The notes under the pieces were generated by a model, which saw only the letters and a program-made list of their open reading frames with translations, searched no databases and was not told the DNA's origin. Below are positions 33,762-34,651 of a stretch of DNA of 34,651 nt, piece after piece (the stretch's first letter is position 1; every line of letters starts with the position of its first letter). The stretch is from a virus (taxonomy: Duplodnaviria > Caudoviricetes): the IMG/VR virus record IMGVR_UViG_3300020382_000114, positions 1 to 34,651 of that record; one strand, written 5' to 3'. The translations under genes and the position numbers were made by a program.

Positions 33762-34092
33762 ATTCGGCTATAGCCGTTGTTGATCTCACCGTGATGCCGT
33801 CTAAGACACCTATCGAGAGGCCAAGGTTGGATCTGTTTTGATTTGAACTTGTCCACATCAGTGTTGGCCCTGTCGACGGATTAGGCCACTCTTGCGCTTG
33901 CAAGAATGTTGATTGAGGGGGGCCTACTTTATAATTGGTACCACGGTAGACCTGCGCGCTTGTATTTATCGGGTGGTCTACAACATCGGTACAGGGCTGC
34001 TCAAATGTACACCAAGCCACGCGGCGTGATGTCATTGAGTGATGTCCTTTGTGCCTGCCTAGTGTTTCTATAAATGGATTTATATTCTTCAT
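33718..34092 (-). CDS. Hypothetical protein
   Basis: 124-aa ORF with GGGGAG upstream of the ATG; no recognisable motif. Confidence 0.45.
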   Translation of the reverse strand: MKNINPFIETLGRHKGHHSMTSRRVAWCTFEQPCTDVVDHPINTSAQVYRGTNYKVGPPQSTFLQAQEWPNPSTGPTLMWTSSNQNRSNLGLSIGVLDGITVRSTTAIAECEGYDHGLRANGTR

Positions 34093-34139
34093 TTGATTTA
34101 TCTCCCCCCAGAGTAGTCATATTACAGAATCGTTTCTAT

Positions 34140-34162
34140 ATGTGTTTACACGTATGTAACAC
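34140..34162. promoter_or_regulatory. GTNNAC motif, copy 6
   Basis: ATGTGTTTACACGTATGTAACAC in the gap upstream of 34092. Confidence 0.55.
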
Positions 34163-34206
34163 GGAACGGATGCACGTGCAATCACATGCACACAACACTA
34201 TTGCGG

Positions 34207-34566
34207 TTAAACGTAATCGTCGTACAAAATCTCGGCCATCACTTCCTTGTTATTAGGGGTGACAGTGTAACGTCGCGCGTTGCCTCGAGGCTGCGTTACT
34301 GGCAGCTTTGTAAGACCTCCACACTCTACCAGTTTTCTAGTCACGGCATGGACAGTCCCCAGCCTATGGAGTTGGGCGGCGGTGCTTAACTCTAGCACCG
34401 AGCCCTCTTCTTTGTCGTAGAACCATCTGATGATAGCGATGGCGCGAGGTGTACGGTTCGGGAACGGTTTAATGTACCAACCACCACCATTATTAACGTG
34501 CATGTACGAGCGGTCGATTGTGGCTTCGTGGGCTACCATTGCCAAGCCCAGTTCTTGTTCGGTCAT
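34207..34566 (-). CDS. Winged-helix (MarR-like) DNA-binding protein
   Basis: AIIRWFYDKEEGSVLELSTAAQLHRLGTVHAVTRKLVECGGLTK...RRYTVTP; start is the ATG at 34566, coupled (ATGA) to the polymerase stop. Confidence 0.6.
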   Translation of the reverse strand: MTEQELGLAMVAHEATIDRSYMHVNNGGGWYIKPFPNRTPRAIAIIRWFYDKEEGSVLELSTAAQLHRLGTVHAVTRKLVECGGLTKLPVTQPRGNARRYTVTPNNKEVMAEILYDDYV

Positions 34567-34649
34567 TTTGCATCTCCATATGTTTGAGCGATGTCGCCTT
34601 CGCTCCATGTTATTAGTTCTGGCCACCACGTTGGCGGTGTCCTCATTAT
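34563..34649 (-). CDS. C-terminus of a family A DNA polymerase (partial, runs off the window end)
   Basis: Reads IMRTPPTWWPELITWSEGDIAQTYGDAK*, matching the M...P.W...L....EG.....YG.AK ending of phage PolA enzymes. Confidence 0.75.
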   Translation of the reverse strand: MMRTPPTWWPELITWSEGDIAQTYGDAK

Positions 34650-34651
34650 CT

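Overview
This window is a fragment of a tailed dsDNA bacteriophage genome with podovirus-like virion genes. It is temperate, and the host is probably a marine alphaproteobacterium (inference). The + strand arm (1-23175) is a late region. It carries an array of at least four tail-fibre genes with two paralogous assembly chaperones, then an extended lysis region (membrane proteins, a chain of tiny basic ORFs missed by the ORF track, an EF-hand membrane protein, a 3-TM holin and a GH19 endolysin). Next come a tail tube/nozzle protein, a gpJ-like fibre with accessory proteins, a GNAT acetyltransferase, two ejection/internal virion proteins and a 2095-aa polyvalent protein. The - strand arm (23454-34651) is an early/replication region: tyrosine integrase, primase-DUF927 helicase, SSB-like proteins, AlpA-like HTH, SNF2-type helicase, DUF3310-like protein, HNH, VRR-NUC, PD-(D/E)XK nuclease and the C-terminus of a family A DNA polymerase. 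The two arms converge on a terminator and an apparently intact attP (four 10-bp arm repeats, an IHF site and an inverted core). The most notable observations are the translationally coupled cationic micro-peptide cluster inside the lysis region, an 8-bp-periodic GTNNAC motif in six intergenic gaps, an exact 8-bp tandem duplication that frameshifts the SNF2 helicase, and an S74 autocleaving chaperone on an ejection-type protein. Family assignments come from motif recognition by eye; no database searches were run.
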